Below are positions 1 through 12,554 of a stretch of 64,000 bases of DNA, piece after piece. This DNA comes from Epiperipatus broadwayi (Eukaryota > Animalia > Onychophora), in the NCBI GenBank assembly GCA_028023455.1, contig JAQFVV010000002.1, forward strand, positions 11,098,001 through 11,162,000, in the 5' to 3' direction. A program made the translations under genes and the position numbers. A model generated the notes under the pieces. That model ran no database searches and was not told the DNA's origin. It saw only the letters and a program-made list of their open reading frames with translations. How positions within the stretch are numbered: the stretch's first letter is position 1; each line of letters opens with the position of its first letter.

Positions 1-3000
1 AAATTTTAATTTTTTTTATTAAATATCTTTTTAAAACTAAATATTGATTCATTTATGCATTTATGTACACAGACTCGTGGAGAATCACACATTTGGATTG
101 TGTTAGAACATACTTACATTATTCTTTTTATGAAATAGATTCTAAATAGTTCTAAATCTATTGATGAGCTTCCAGTAATATCCAGAAAAATTAAGTTTAT
201 CTGGCTTTATTGATGGATCTGAAAAAATAATATTTTTAGAACTTTATAGAAGTCCATTTACTTTTTTTTTGAACATATCTTGGATTAATAGTAAATCTGA
301 TTTATGTATCAGTTTTTATACATTTTCTGTGATGCTAATTTTTTTCTGATGTTTGATAGAGGAGCAAATGAAATAACAAGAAAACACTGCAAAAGAATCA
401 GAAATATTTGTTAGGACAACATCTTATTGAGAATCTAGGTTATTGTGGACATTTTTTTCCAAAACAGAGATACAACATTTATCAGTAGAATATGCTATTG
501 CTAAAGAAGCTATCTGTAAAGAATTTGTATCACAAGATTTTCAAGGATCCAATAATGATAAAAATAATTTTAAAAAGATTTTCTACATGTAAACTTTTAG
601 ATTGATAAAAATGGTTTTAATTCACTCAAGTATACACTCTTATGATTGTCATAAGAATATATGCATAATTTTGAGGCTGATGGAAATTCACATTGTATAA
701 AACATGAGAAATTTATAAGGATATTAAAAATCAATTTTTAAATTTTCTAGACAGAAAAGGAATGTAAGTAGTAGTGAATTGTATGATGAAGTGAATTTAA
801 ATGAAATATATTAATTATTTTTTAAAAGCTAAAGAAAACATAATGCAAGCAGAAAGTTGTAAAACAGAACCCAGTCTAGGTTAATAATAAAATAATTACT
901 GAGAGAAAAAAATATAAATACTAAAGACTATAGATGAATATGTATAAAGATTAATGGGAAATTGAGATTAGTGACTGATAAAACTTAAAAAATAGTTATT
1001 AAAAAGAGATTGTAGAGAAATGAAAAATTACATAAAAAAGTCAATTTGATTTTGTATATAGTAGAATAAAACAGTTTAGATGTGAAAGAAGGATTAAGAG
1101 AAATAAGGCAGTTATTGAAATGAAAAGTCATATTTCATATGATTTTATAAAATATGCCATTTTTCTATTATTTATTATGAATTCTGAAATCTTATCATCT
1201 TGACAATTTATTTGATAATGCTATTTTGGTAAATAACTTGAGAATTAAGAAATTTGTGAGACAAAAGCTGATTATAACATTGATATAAATAAAAATATTT
1301 AATAAGAATTTTGCATTTCCTGTTTTGATTAATATTTATTTAAATAAATCTGCTTGGTTTATATATATAAAACAGTATGAATGTAAAATTTTAAATAGCA
1401 TTGTTTGAAATTATAGAATGTTTAAAAAATAATAAATGCAATTTAATCATTTGAAGGTAAATGAAAAGAATAAAAAGTTAGGAGTAATAGCAAAAAATGT
1501 AAAGATTATTATTTTTTAAATATTTAGTGTACCCTTGGAATATTCTTCACCAATTTTAGTCAAAGTATGCCCTATAAAAAAATCTACACCAGAGCCCTAA
1601 TTAGTGAAATATCTCATAGACATCTCTCAAATTTTCACATTATTTCATCTCCACCTTCTTAGGTAGTAAGAATATTATGTAGATAGTCATAAACATAAAA
1701 ATAGAAATAATAATGACCCAATGTAATTGATATCTTTATAAATGAAAACACACTATCTGTTTAATAATATTACTCCCAGATATCATTCAAATTTTAGGAG
1801 AAATAAAATTGTTATAATAAAAGTTAAAACAACATTTCAAATTTAAAGTAAAAGCCATAACATACATTTCTCACATAAAATATTTATTTCATATATTCAC
1901 TTGATCAGAAAATTAATAAATAGATATTATACATATATGTGTATAAATGTGATCGCATATATATGTGTACTGTATTTATAAATAAATCTTTAAATGAGTT
2001 TGTAGTAAAAAAGATTACTTAGTAAATTTTATAACAATAATGCCATGTGCAAATCAAATGTAATTATAGTAAACTTTGGATACTTGACAACAACAAAGAA
2101 AAACAACAAATAGATAATTGAAAGAAAAGGTTTTCTCTTTCATTCCTTTCATAAAAGGTATAAGCTTTTGTGTATGAAAATTGCCCACCTCAATGATGAA
2201 TTTCACAATGGTGAAACTTTCATATTATAAGAAACAGTAAAAGATGCATTTATTCAAAAATATAAATACAAGAAAAACCTTGAAAATGAATAACTAAGAA
2301 GGAAATTTTACATCTGCTTCAAATGGCAAGTTTTTATGATTCAAATCATAGCTTGATAACAACTGGAATGTATTTCATAGTCCTCTCAAGGGATTTATTT
2401 ATTCATCTACAATAAAATTTCCAAATATACACAGTCAAATTTAAATAGCATTTTATATATGTATACAATTTTGTTAAAATCAAATGTAAAATCCCATATT
2501 TGTAACTGATAAAATTACCTTGGAAACAAAATAACAATAGCAAAAAAAAGATTGGATATACTTCTTGCTGGAAAAGAAATTAAAATATCAAAGATTAGCT
2601 TCCAAAACTTAATCATTATGCTCAGAGAATGTAAGCTATGAAATTATATATATATTACCAGAATTTTAAATTATAATTATATAGAAAGTAAACAAATCTT
2701 AATACAATCACTCTTTTTTCCTTAAAAAACTTTATGTTATAGCTGAGGCAAGAGTATCCTTACAGTTTAATTATTTAGATCAAATGAAGATTAGGTTATT
2801 ATTTTATGAAACCTTATTTCGTATATATTAGAGCTAGCATTCCTATGATTTTATGTATCTTTCAAACTTGTAGTGGTATGGATTGTGTGACTTGAGGAAT
2901 CAAATTAGCAGAAATTTACCCATGTCATTTATCTGATATAAGTCTAAATTCAATTTTATATTGAAGCAGTAAATTTGTGATACATATCTTTGCTTCACTG

Positions 3001-3251
3001 TCTGATGACATGGTTAACCATGAGATGGGGTTTAAACTCATCCTTACACATGCTTGGGTTATTAGAGGATGTAAGCATGCATATATGTAACTATTCACAT
3101 CCTCCCATAATAATTTTAATTATTTATCTACAAATCTTTTGATTTATAATGTTAATTATATAAAGTTAAGAGCGTGCTAATAGCTCTAAACAAGCTTTTT
3201 TTTTTTTTTTTATGATAAATGCTACTACAAGAGAAGGCATTCAAATCATGG

Positions 3252-3305
3252 TCCCCATCCCCAGACCGGTTCCGACCTATGGGTCTCTTCAGTGAGGAGT
3301 TGGGA
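3252..3305 (-). ncRNA. Hammerhead ribozyme copy in the inverted arm, core mutated (GAAA->GGAA), probably inactive
   Basis: Minus strand reads TCCTCA CTGAAGA GACC-CATA-GGTC GGAA CCGG TC TGGGGA. Confidence 0.7.
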
Positions 3306-3539
3306 CATTGGATCTAAAAAACCAACTCAAGCAAAGCATTTATCTAAAAGATAATTGTTAGAAGAAGATCTGTAAGCCTACTAATATATGGAGTATCTGA
3401 ATTAAGTTCAGGCCCATATGATTTTTTCAGTTGGAGAGCTGACTTTAAAGACATGTAGATGTCTAAAAGTTTCAGATCTTCTTCTAACAATTATCTTTTA
3501 GATAAATGCTTTGCTTGAGTTGGTTTTTTAGATCCAATG

Positions 3540-3593
3540 TCCCAACTCCTCACTGAAGAGACCCATAGGTCGAAACCGGTCTGGGGATGGGGA
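3540..3593 (+). ncRNA. Minimal type I hammerhead ribozyme, intact core
   Basis: TCCCAACTCCTCA-CTGAAGA(3553-3559)-stem II GACC/CATA/GGTC-GAAA(3572-3575)-CCGG-TC-TGGGGATGGGGA; stem I TCCTCA:TGGGGA plus TCCCA extension; palindromic stem III ACCGGT; predicted cleavage after C3581. Confidence 0.88.
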
Positions 3594-4049
3594 CCATGAT
3601 TTGAATGCCTTCTCTTGTAGTAGCATTTATCATAAATAAAAAAAAAAAAAGCTTGTTTAGAGCTATTAGCACGCTCTTAACTTTACATATTAGTAAGTGC
3701 AAGCTATATATAAGTCATGTGACTTCTGACTTGTTACTATTACTAATGTTAATTATAGTAAATACTGGGAATATTTAATTCCATAACCATATGTAGTTGT
3801 ATATGTGTATGTATGTAGGATGGATACCTATAACATTATATAAAATATTATTACATTTGTTTTATTGTTTTTTTTAACATTATCTCATATGAAATAGTTA
3901 TAGAAGCTGATGCAATATTTGAGAAAGTTCTGGAAGGTAATTAGCAAACTTAAATTTAGTAAACAAAAGAGTGACACATTAGTTTAATAATAAAGTCACT
4001 GATTTAATTAATTTTAACCAGTCTAATAATTTAATTAGGGTTATATCTA

Positions 4050-4400
4050 TGTGATTCTGTTTCCAAATTGGAAATAGATTCAAATAATACCTTCAGGAAC
4101 TTATCATTCAGTTATATCTTCTACTATGTTTAAAAACAAAAGCATACTTTCTGCTGATTGACAAGAGGTAACTTGATATCCATATTGCCTCAGGTGATTC
4201 TTTAAAAGCATTCCTGAGATAATAAAACCAGATAAATAGAGCTGAATTGGACAAGAGGAGGGAAATATATTTTTATGTTTGTGGGCTAACAGAATCCACA
4301 TCACAAAAACTTCAATAATATGATGTTCAAGTAGTGGGACAAAATTCATCTTTTCCCCAATCTTCCAAAGATCATCTCTGAACAATAATGCTATTCCTGT
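4050..4400 (-). pseudogene. Possible decayed LINE reverse-transcriptase remnant
   Basis: ORF 4104-4385 contains 'CPIQLYLS...HLRQYGYQVTSCQSAESMLLFL..I.E', loosely resembling the LINE RT 'RPISLL...QYGFR..ST..ALL' region; weak match only. Confidence 0.3.
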
Positions 4401-7400
4401 TATATAAAACTGATGGATTGTCTAATTAAATGTATAATGTGAGTTTATGGAGATGTTATCTGCCACCCAATGAACTAAGTATTGCTACCCATGCTTTAAT
4501 ATAAAGGTTCACAAGAATGTTAATCTATCCAGTCGGCATGACTACACATTGTCAGAAGGTAACTACTTCAGTGCCACTTTACGAACTCTCATATTCCTAT
4601 TTCAATTATATATACTTTATTAATCTTTGTAAATGTAATTCCTTGTCTACCAATATCCTGGTGGTGTAGTGTTAGTTATATTTATTGTATTTTAATTTCT
4701 TATGTAATGACTTTCTATAACTATATAGATATAAATCTGTAATTTCTTTTCATTCATTTCATGCTCTATATATATTTCTTCATTTTAGTGTGGCAAATTT
4801 AATCAATTTATTATATTTTATGTATCTTGATTTGGATTTGAATTAATATGCTAGTTATACTCAACCTTGCAAGCCTAATTTATTATATTCAATCCCACTA
4901 TTATAATATAGGAAATTTAATTAATGTTTGTAAACACATGCTCACTTGGTTGAGTAGTGATTGAATATAACCTTATATACATTTTTATGGCAGATTGTTA
5001 TTAACACTAGTCTCCTTCTATTACTAAGGTCGGTTTCTCATTAGTTGCCTAATGCTATTGATTAAATCACATTTTTGCAATATTTTGAAAGTAATATCAA
5101 TGGCCGTCACTTCTTTGAGTATAATAAGTTAACAATTTACTCATAATGCCAGTTGAGGATTACATTTTGTGTTATATTTATATTGCCTATTTAAAACAAT
5201 TTGTTTAAATGAAGGAATAATATGCTCCTTCCTTATGTATGACATTCTAACTGTTATTTAAGATCATATTCGTACCTATAGTGTGGTTTAATATTTAGTC
5301 ATGCCACTATGCTTGATGTTAGATTTATTTAGGACTTTAATTGATATATCAATGTCATTAGGGACGTGATTAACATATGCCAGCAATATTAATTATCATA
5401 TTTTGCTTTGTCACCAGGAACTCCAGATACATTTCATCTTACTTGTTCTAACCATAGGATATGTGCTCTCCTTCTCCAGAACACTTTTAAGTTAGTGTGG
5501 TGAATGTTCTGCATGGGATAACCCAGTAGAGCCAGCCCATCACACTTCCTACATACCACATCTTGTGGTACTCAGTTTCAAGTGGACCAAATCTTTCTAC
5601 TGCTGCTATTCATGTTGGCACCACAAATGTATTACTATTTTATATTTATACCCATTCAATATCTATAAGTCATAATGCTGTGATGATAGTAACCCATTCC
5701 TTAGTTATTAATATTAATTTTATTGGAATGTCATGAGCAAAGCTTGTATTAAGCTGTCTGCCTTTTCAAGTAAATGATCCTTGGATGCTTTAGTAATTCT
5801 CTCTATATATTAGTTCATTATACTTTATTAATTTTATTGGTAAATAAAATCTTATTAAGTTAAATATGCAAATAATTGTATATTCATGTCCCATAATTAT
5901 TGTAATCTATATTATTATCTTTCATCAATAATATTTACTTAACATTAGAAATTACCCACCAACCACAGTATTATTATATATATAAATTTGAATAGATTGA
6001 ATGATGGGTAATGCAAGTTTTTATTTTTTGTACGTTTGTATTAACAGTTGATAAAGATTATTAGTGAAACAATTGAAAGTACTTCTGGTAAAGAATATAT
6101 TATTTAATTTTGAATACTGTGTTAAATATATTTGTTTGAATTATTATTATATAATTTAAGAATACAGATTTAATGGTTGTAGTTATATATATATATATTT
6201 GAATTCAATCATGATTGTAAATAATAAAAGGTTCTCACTCATTTATATTGTGTGACGGTCATTAGTTACATATCCTTTTTAAGTCTAAAGTGGCAAATAT
6301 TATTAAATTTTCTATGAGAAAGTGATATCTAATTATTACTGACATATTAAGCTGCACTGTATTGATTATATGCTATGTAGGTATTATTTATCCTGACTTT
6401 AGTTCTTTGTTCACATTTTCCTTAAATGACACATTAGTGTCAATGTCATGTATTGTACAAATATTAAATTACATAACCATATTAATATGCACACTTAAGA
6501 TTACTTGCATGAAATCTATGATTATAATATACCAATGACTATGTCAAAGTGCATGTATTAAAACTTATATTTCAATTTATTCAAGTGTTTGAATCATTAT
6601 TCAATTTAGTCTTGATATTTATTTATGATAATCCATTATTCTAAAGAATTCAGCATATCTGAGTTATCTGATATCCTGATTATCATAGGTAGAAATCACT
6701 TTATTAGCTCCTTTGTTACACTGTTAGCCATTTACCAATCAATTTAGTCTCATCATTCCTTTATCCATCTATAAATATTATATTATCATCTATATTCAGC
6801 TTTTCCTTCATAATTTAGTTAGTTAGTTATATTTAGTCATAAGATCTCATGTCTCACCACTATGTCCCTGGTTCTGGAATGAATTAAATCCATCTGTATC
6901 ACCAGAGATGTTGTTAATGTTGTTATAGATTTGGGTAATGGGCAACTAGGTTAGAATTCATGATTGCTTCTGACTTGTGTATCTCAGGCATTATTGGATT
7001 TGAGGTACTTTTGCTCAGATTCTAAGTCTTGTTGAATGAACATACAAATCTGATCAGTGCAGTGTTCAATAAAGTATATATTTGTCACATTCATACCATT
7101 ACAGATTTAGATAGTTGATCAATAGATAAAAGGTGTGATGATGAAATAAAAATATGAATCAAAATGCTAAATGAAGTTTTTATTAAAGATTCAGGTTGTT
7201 CTATATTACATCAAAGTTGTAGTTTAAAAATATATATTTTTTGGAGTGTAATTTTATAAAGAACAGAATCATACATAATTAACAAAAGAGAGAAGATTGG
7301 AGTCTTTAATTATAATTTAGAAAAGAAAGGAAAAGATTATTGAAAAAGTAAAAAATATAAAAAATATTGGGGGAAAATAGTGAATTGATTATTTATTAGG

Positions 7401-9344
7401 AATATTAAGATGCATATGAGAAATTGGTTGGACAAATATTTAAAAGTTGAGAAATTTTGAGGTTTTGGAAGAGATTATAGAGGGCAATAAGGAAAAAGAG
7501 TAGAAAAAGAAAGATTATTACATGAGCTATCTGAAAAATGATTGCCATGAATTTTTAAAAAAAAAATAAAAATAGAAATTTATGACAAAAATATTCCATA
7601 TTAAAAGTATGGAATCTATCTTTTGGTAAATAACTGATAATGGTAATTCATAATAGTTTATAACAATACTTATCTATGACAGTAGGTTCTAAGCACATGC
7701 TTAGTTCCCCTCCTCCAACACACATGCATATATAATTTCCAAAGGATTATATTCGAATTAAAAATACTGTAGTAGTATAATTTTTTTTCATTCATTCTAT
7801 CCCAAGTTGAGGACAGGTTAATCTCTCTACTGTATGTGTTACTAATGAATTGAAGTGTTTACTATATTTTGTCATCTTATTTAACTTTGAACATAATAAA
7901 CAATTTTTTTTTTTTAAAAAAAAAAAAGGATAAAGGATATATATAAAAGAAGGAAAAAAAATTAGTTTTGAAGGTGAATGATGATCCTTAAAAATAAAAA
8001 TATCAATGTTTTTTTTCCCTTTTTTCTCTCAGATTACTTAAACTATTTAATATCAAAGTTTTTATGAAAATGTACCCACAGTGAGTTTGTATTTTCAGTC
8101 CTAAGGACAGTTTTCATAAATCATTTTCTTTTCTGAGATACAAAAAAAATCTTCTTAATGAATGATGATTTGTTATTTTTAGAGTCATTAATTACATTAA
8201 TTAATGACATTCGTTATAAAATAATGGTGAGTGTAAATCTGGAAAGATGAAGTTGAATTCTTAAGAATTAAAAATAAATAATAGGAGAATAAAGATTTCT
8301 AAACAGCATTAAAAGATTGTATACTATTTATAAATATTTTAATTAACTTAAATTATTATAATAAAAAATTCTTCATAACCATATGAAATAAAATATATTC
8401 TCTAGTTTTTAAATTAAAAACCATTTTTGAAAGTCTTCAGAATTGAGTGGCTGTAGTAATTATAATGCTGTATTATTTTATTTTTTATCACTTTTACCTT
8501 TTGGTACCTGTAGACTTTAATGACCAGCTTGCTATAAAAAGTTTTTTCTTGTGATATTATTTTGTAAATAAATACTACAATTATGTCTTTATCTATGATG
8601 ACATAACAATAAAGATATATATTTGTACCAAATTATTAATTAGGGTCAATTTATTGTTATTTATATAGTTAAAGTTAAATGGAATATTCTTACATAAAAG
8701 AATTTGATTTAAAAAAGAGGGTAATAGTGGTGGACTGTCCCTGAGTATACATATAATCTAAACTGTGAATAAAGTTCATTAATTGTCACTTCTAGAAAAA
8801 TTAGCATACAGCATGAATTCTAATTAATTAATGAAATTGAACGATAAATAAAACCAATATATACAAACCATCTCATATTGCATAGATCAAATTGGTATGT
8901 AAAATAACCTGCAAGAAGCTATTGTGTGTGGTTAAACTTATCAGCAATATTGAAAATTGATTAATTAAAGATGATAATGAATCGTCATATATGTACAAAG
9001 TACCTGGGAACACAGATATGTGACTATTTATATATATTCTACTGTGCATATAAAGAATCTAATTTCATATGACAATTTCTTGTAATCACTTTGAAGAGTA
9101 TAGGGTACACTTTATTATTTTATATGTTTATTGCAAGGCAATAAACTTATCTTGTTAATTTTAATATGTATATTATTTATTTAATAAAAATACTGATGTG
9201 ACCTGGCAGATATTAAAGAAATACACCCAGGATATACAACAGAATGGACCATATTAACAAGTTCTTTTTGTTCATAAAGAACCTTTGTATAGACAGTAGC
9301 AGAAAAAAAATGTTCAAGCAAGAAAAGTGGCTTAAACAATAATA

Positions 9345-11640
9345 TTGGTGACTTTTAATAACAGTTTTCATGAGTTTGATGTCAACAAAGTTTTGGTATA
9401 GTATATGTGTTTATAAATAAAATTGAAGACAACAAAGTTAAAGAAGCTACAGCACCTCTGAAGTTTTCTGGAAAACCTGCTTTTATAGTGGCAAAACACT
9501 TACGAGATCGCAAAATTTCCAAAGATGTTCCGAGTTAAAAGACAACTTGAAAGCTTATTTCCAATTGGCAACTTCTGAATGATTGGCATGCCTGAGATTT
9601 AGCTTGAGAAAACAATCACCTCATGAATGTTATCAGGATTACAATTTAGCATTAAAACACTCACAAAAGAATGTCAATTTATCTTTGACATGTTAATTTA
9701 TCAACTTTTACTTAAAATAATGGATCACAATTTCAAGAAAATATTAAGTGATCCAAATCTTATGTATAAATCTGCAATGGGAAAGTATATTGCAGAGGAA
9801 GTAATGTTAGACAACACTTCAGAATTTCAAGCTTCATACATACACACATAATACTCCTATAACACTTAGTAAAGCACAAATTGGTAGACCGAGCCACAAA
9901 AAACTTAAAGGATATCTTAACATGATACTGCTATGGTGAAAAATACTACATAAAGAAGTATTGCAAATTTAGAAGCCAAAATGTAATGCATGTAAATTAA
10001 AAGGACATTTAGCTCACAATTTTTTTGGAATAGAGACAAGAGTGAAAAACTGAGTTAAATTTGGATTTCTAATCAGAGGAAGGTGGAGTGAAAAAAAAGA
10101 TAACAAGAAGATTAATGACACAGATAATGGTCATATTTGTTAGATGTCATTATCTGTAAAAATAAAATTCCATGAAAGTGGACAGTAGCAACTTGTCTTT
10201 ATTATCACAAGAGCAAATTTCTAATAAAAGCAAATTTATGCTTTAAAATACACATCTATTGGCTGCAGACATAAATGGGAATAAAATTGATATATGGAAC
10301 AAAGTAACTGTATCCATAAAAATTGATGCTAATGTTAAATTTCTACTCTTGTACCTAGTTAAGAAAAATATGTCATCTGGGAAATTGTCTCAAAAATAAT
10401 TAAAAGAGTATAATTGGAAGTAGAGGTCAGAAATAAGTTTCCCCATTTGTTCAAGTCAAGATTGGCTGAATTAAAAACACAGACAGTTGACATTAGGATA
10501 ATATATAAATTGCATAGGGTCCCATTTGTCTTAAAACCCAAGGCTGAAGAGACTATTATGGATATAGTCAACAAAGATATTTTGTCACCAATGCAAGATT
10601 CATCATGGGCTATACTGATGGTTATCATTACTAAACCAGATGGGACTATTTATCTTTGTTGAGATCACCACCTTAATCTTAATAGTGCTATATATAGGAG
10701 TAAAATTTATGTTTACCAGCTGTATATGCATCTCCAATAATTTAATGAAAACAAAACACTAACTAGAGTAATAACAAGTTTATTCACTTGCTAATAATGT
10801 AAAGAATAATAAAATTAAATGAGTGAAACCACTTTAGCTTCTTTAAGCAATTCCAATAATTATCCACATGATAAACTGTTCATACTCACAAATATTATAT
10901 ACAAGTTCAATTATCTGTGTGAATCCATTTACTTTGGTTTTAACATATAGACATTGTAATCTTATTTTTAATATCAGTCCTTAATCCATATTTGGAAGAA
11001 ACTGCATCAGACTTCTTGGAATTCAAATTGAGATAATGAAAAAAGATGATTTATATGGGAATTGCAAATCACAGAGAGGAATATGGATCCATAACTGAGT
11101 TAATAATGTCAGTAAGTTGAATTTCAAAATTATGATGGTGAAGAATGCTTTCAATGCCAATTTACTACCAACTTAACTCAAGATAAAGAGTTGAACTTTA
11201 GTCAAACTTAATGGGAGAGATTATATATTGATCATGTAGGTTCAATGAATGGCTACATATTTTTAATTGAAGTTGATTCTTATTCCATATGGGCAGAGTA
11301 TAAGCTTGTTAAAAATACTAGCATGGAGTGTTCTGACTGAGACTTGAAAGAATTTTTGCAAGCCATAGTTTATCTACTGTTATTGACAAGGGAACTGGTT
11401 TAACCTTGTAGGAGTTCAAAGAACGTTTAGATGATAAATGAATATGCCATGTTTAACACTATGTTATTACTCTGAATCAAATGGTTTGGCTGAGAAGGCA
11501 GTGTAACAGTTGAAGTTGACACTAAATAAAACATCAAGCAAGAATATATTAGTGGACACAATGTTTTAATAACATTTCACAGTAAGTGCATTAATAATGA
11601 ATATGGCAGCTGTATTGTTAATGTGTCGAAAATGTCGTCC
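9345..11640 (+). mobile_element. Decayed Gypsy/Ty3 LTR-retrotransposon internal region (gag, RT start, integrase)
   Basis: gag-like ORF 9627-9851; zinc-knuckle remnant CNACKLKGHL at 9982; RT start 'HRVPFVLKPK...DSSWAILMVIITKPDGTIYLC' (10414-10662); integrase 'WERLYIDHVGSMNGYIFLIEVDSYSIWAE' (~11210-11300) and 'SNGLAEKAV' (~11478-11504); many stops/frameshifts; LTRs not identified. Confidence 0.85.
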
Positions 11641-12332
11641 ATGTAATATTGAATAGTAATACATCATTAATAAATTATTTTGCTTTTTAAACTATGTTCA
11701 GTTATAAAAATTAAAGCACTTAGTGATTGGTAATGAAAATATAAATATCTTTTTAAAATGTATGTATATAAACAAATAAATTAAAACTAATATCTCAAAT
11801 TTTATTGAATAAAACGTTTTGAAGTTACAATTAAATAGATATGATGATTATGTTCAAGAATTATTATTATTTTTTTTTTTTCTGTCTTTATCAGTAAAAA
11901 AGTTTTGACTTCTTTTCATATATAAACAATTGGAATACAAACTTTCTAAATAATGTTAATAGAAATTCATCAATCACTGCATCAGATGCCAAGCAATGTA
12001 TATTAATTTCAAAAGGTACTTTAATATATTGTAAGAAGATTGACTGATACTCAATTTTATGAAAGCATTTTTCAAAATTAAGCAGCTGTTATAAACTGCA
12101 TTTAAATAAATATTTGGGGGTTATTTGTCTTTTATTGTATTTTTAAATAATTAATCTTATTTTGTAACTTATCTGCAATTAAGAAAAACTCTTTATCAAA
12201 TTTTAATCCATGTTTATATTAAATGTTAACTACTTTGTAAATTGTAGCAATATTTTGTCAATAATAATAATATATTAATGGTGTAAAAATATTAATAATT
12301 AACACATTTATTATTGTTTTTTTTTTTTTCAG

Positions 12333-12554
12333 GTTCTAAGGATAACACTTTATGTGTGTGGAATTCACAAAATGGCCAGATAATAACACAGTTTGATATG
12401 CATGGGGCAGTATTGCATTTGATAATGACATATGATGCTAACCATATTATTGTTCAACTGGAGGATGATTACCATGTGCCTCTTTTATGTCTTCACAATA
12501 CTCCTGCTACTGATGGAAAATCTGAAAATCAAGTTAGTGTTAGTTTTGATGAAG
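12333..12554 (+). CDS. Internal coding exon (222 nt, phase 1-1) of a WD40-repeat protein, plausibly near the C-terminus of an arthropod NACHT+WD40 (NWD-like) protein
   Basis: Long T tract + CAG acceptor (AG 12331-12332), donor G|GTAGGA (12555); open frame GSKDNTLCVWNSQNGQIITQFDMHGAVLHL...VPLLCLHNTPATDGKSENQVSVSFDE with the WD motif 'GS.D.T..VW'. Family assignment is from memory of similar '..LCLHNTPA' C-termini, not a search. Confidence 0.8.

Larger units (their letters stand above)
3161..3743. mobile_element. Non-coding hammerhead-bearing element (family F1, copy 1) with inverted 5' arm; Penelope-like pseudo-LTR/retrozyme type
   Basis: Arm 3161-3372 is the near-perfect reverse complement of 3473-3685; a 14-bp direct repeat TAATGTTAATTATA flanks the unit (3147-3160 and 3744-3757); 3373-3743 recurs at 35032-35404. 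Confidence 0.85.

Noticed and set aside
3002-3045. CTGATGA followed by a perfect CATGG/CCATG hairpin and a near-palindrome ATGGGGTTTAAACTCAT
   Set aside because: No GAAA after stem II and no stem I pairing; not a supportable hammerhead.
5400-5640. Minus-strand 'VCRKCDG' zinc-knuckle-like peptide with a GTAAGA donor
   Set aside because: Knuckle incomplete and frames broken; cannot distinguish an old TE from chance.
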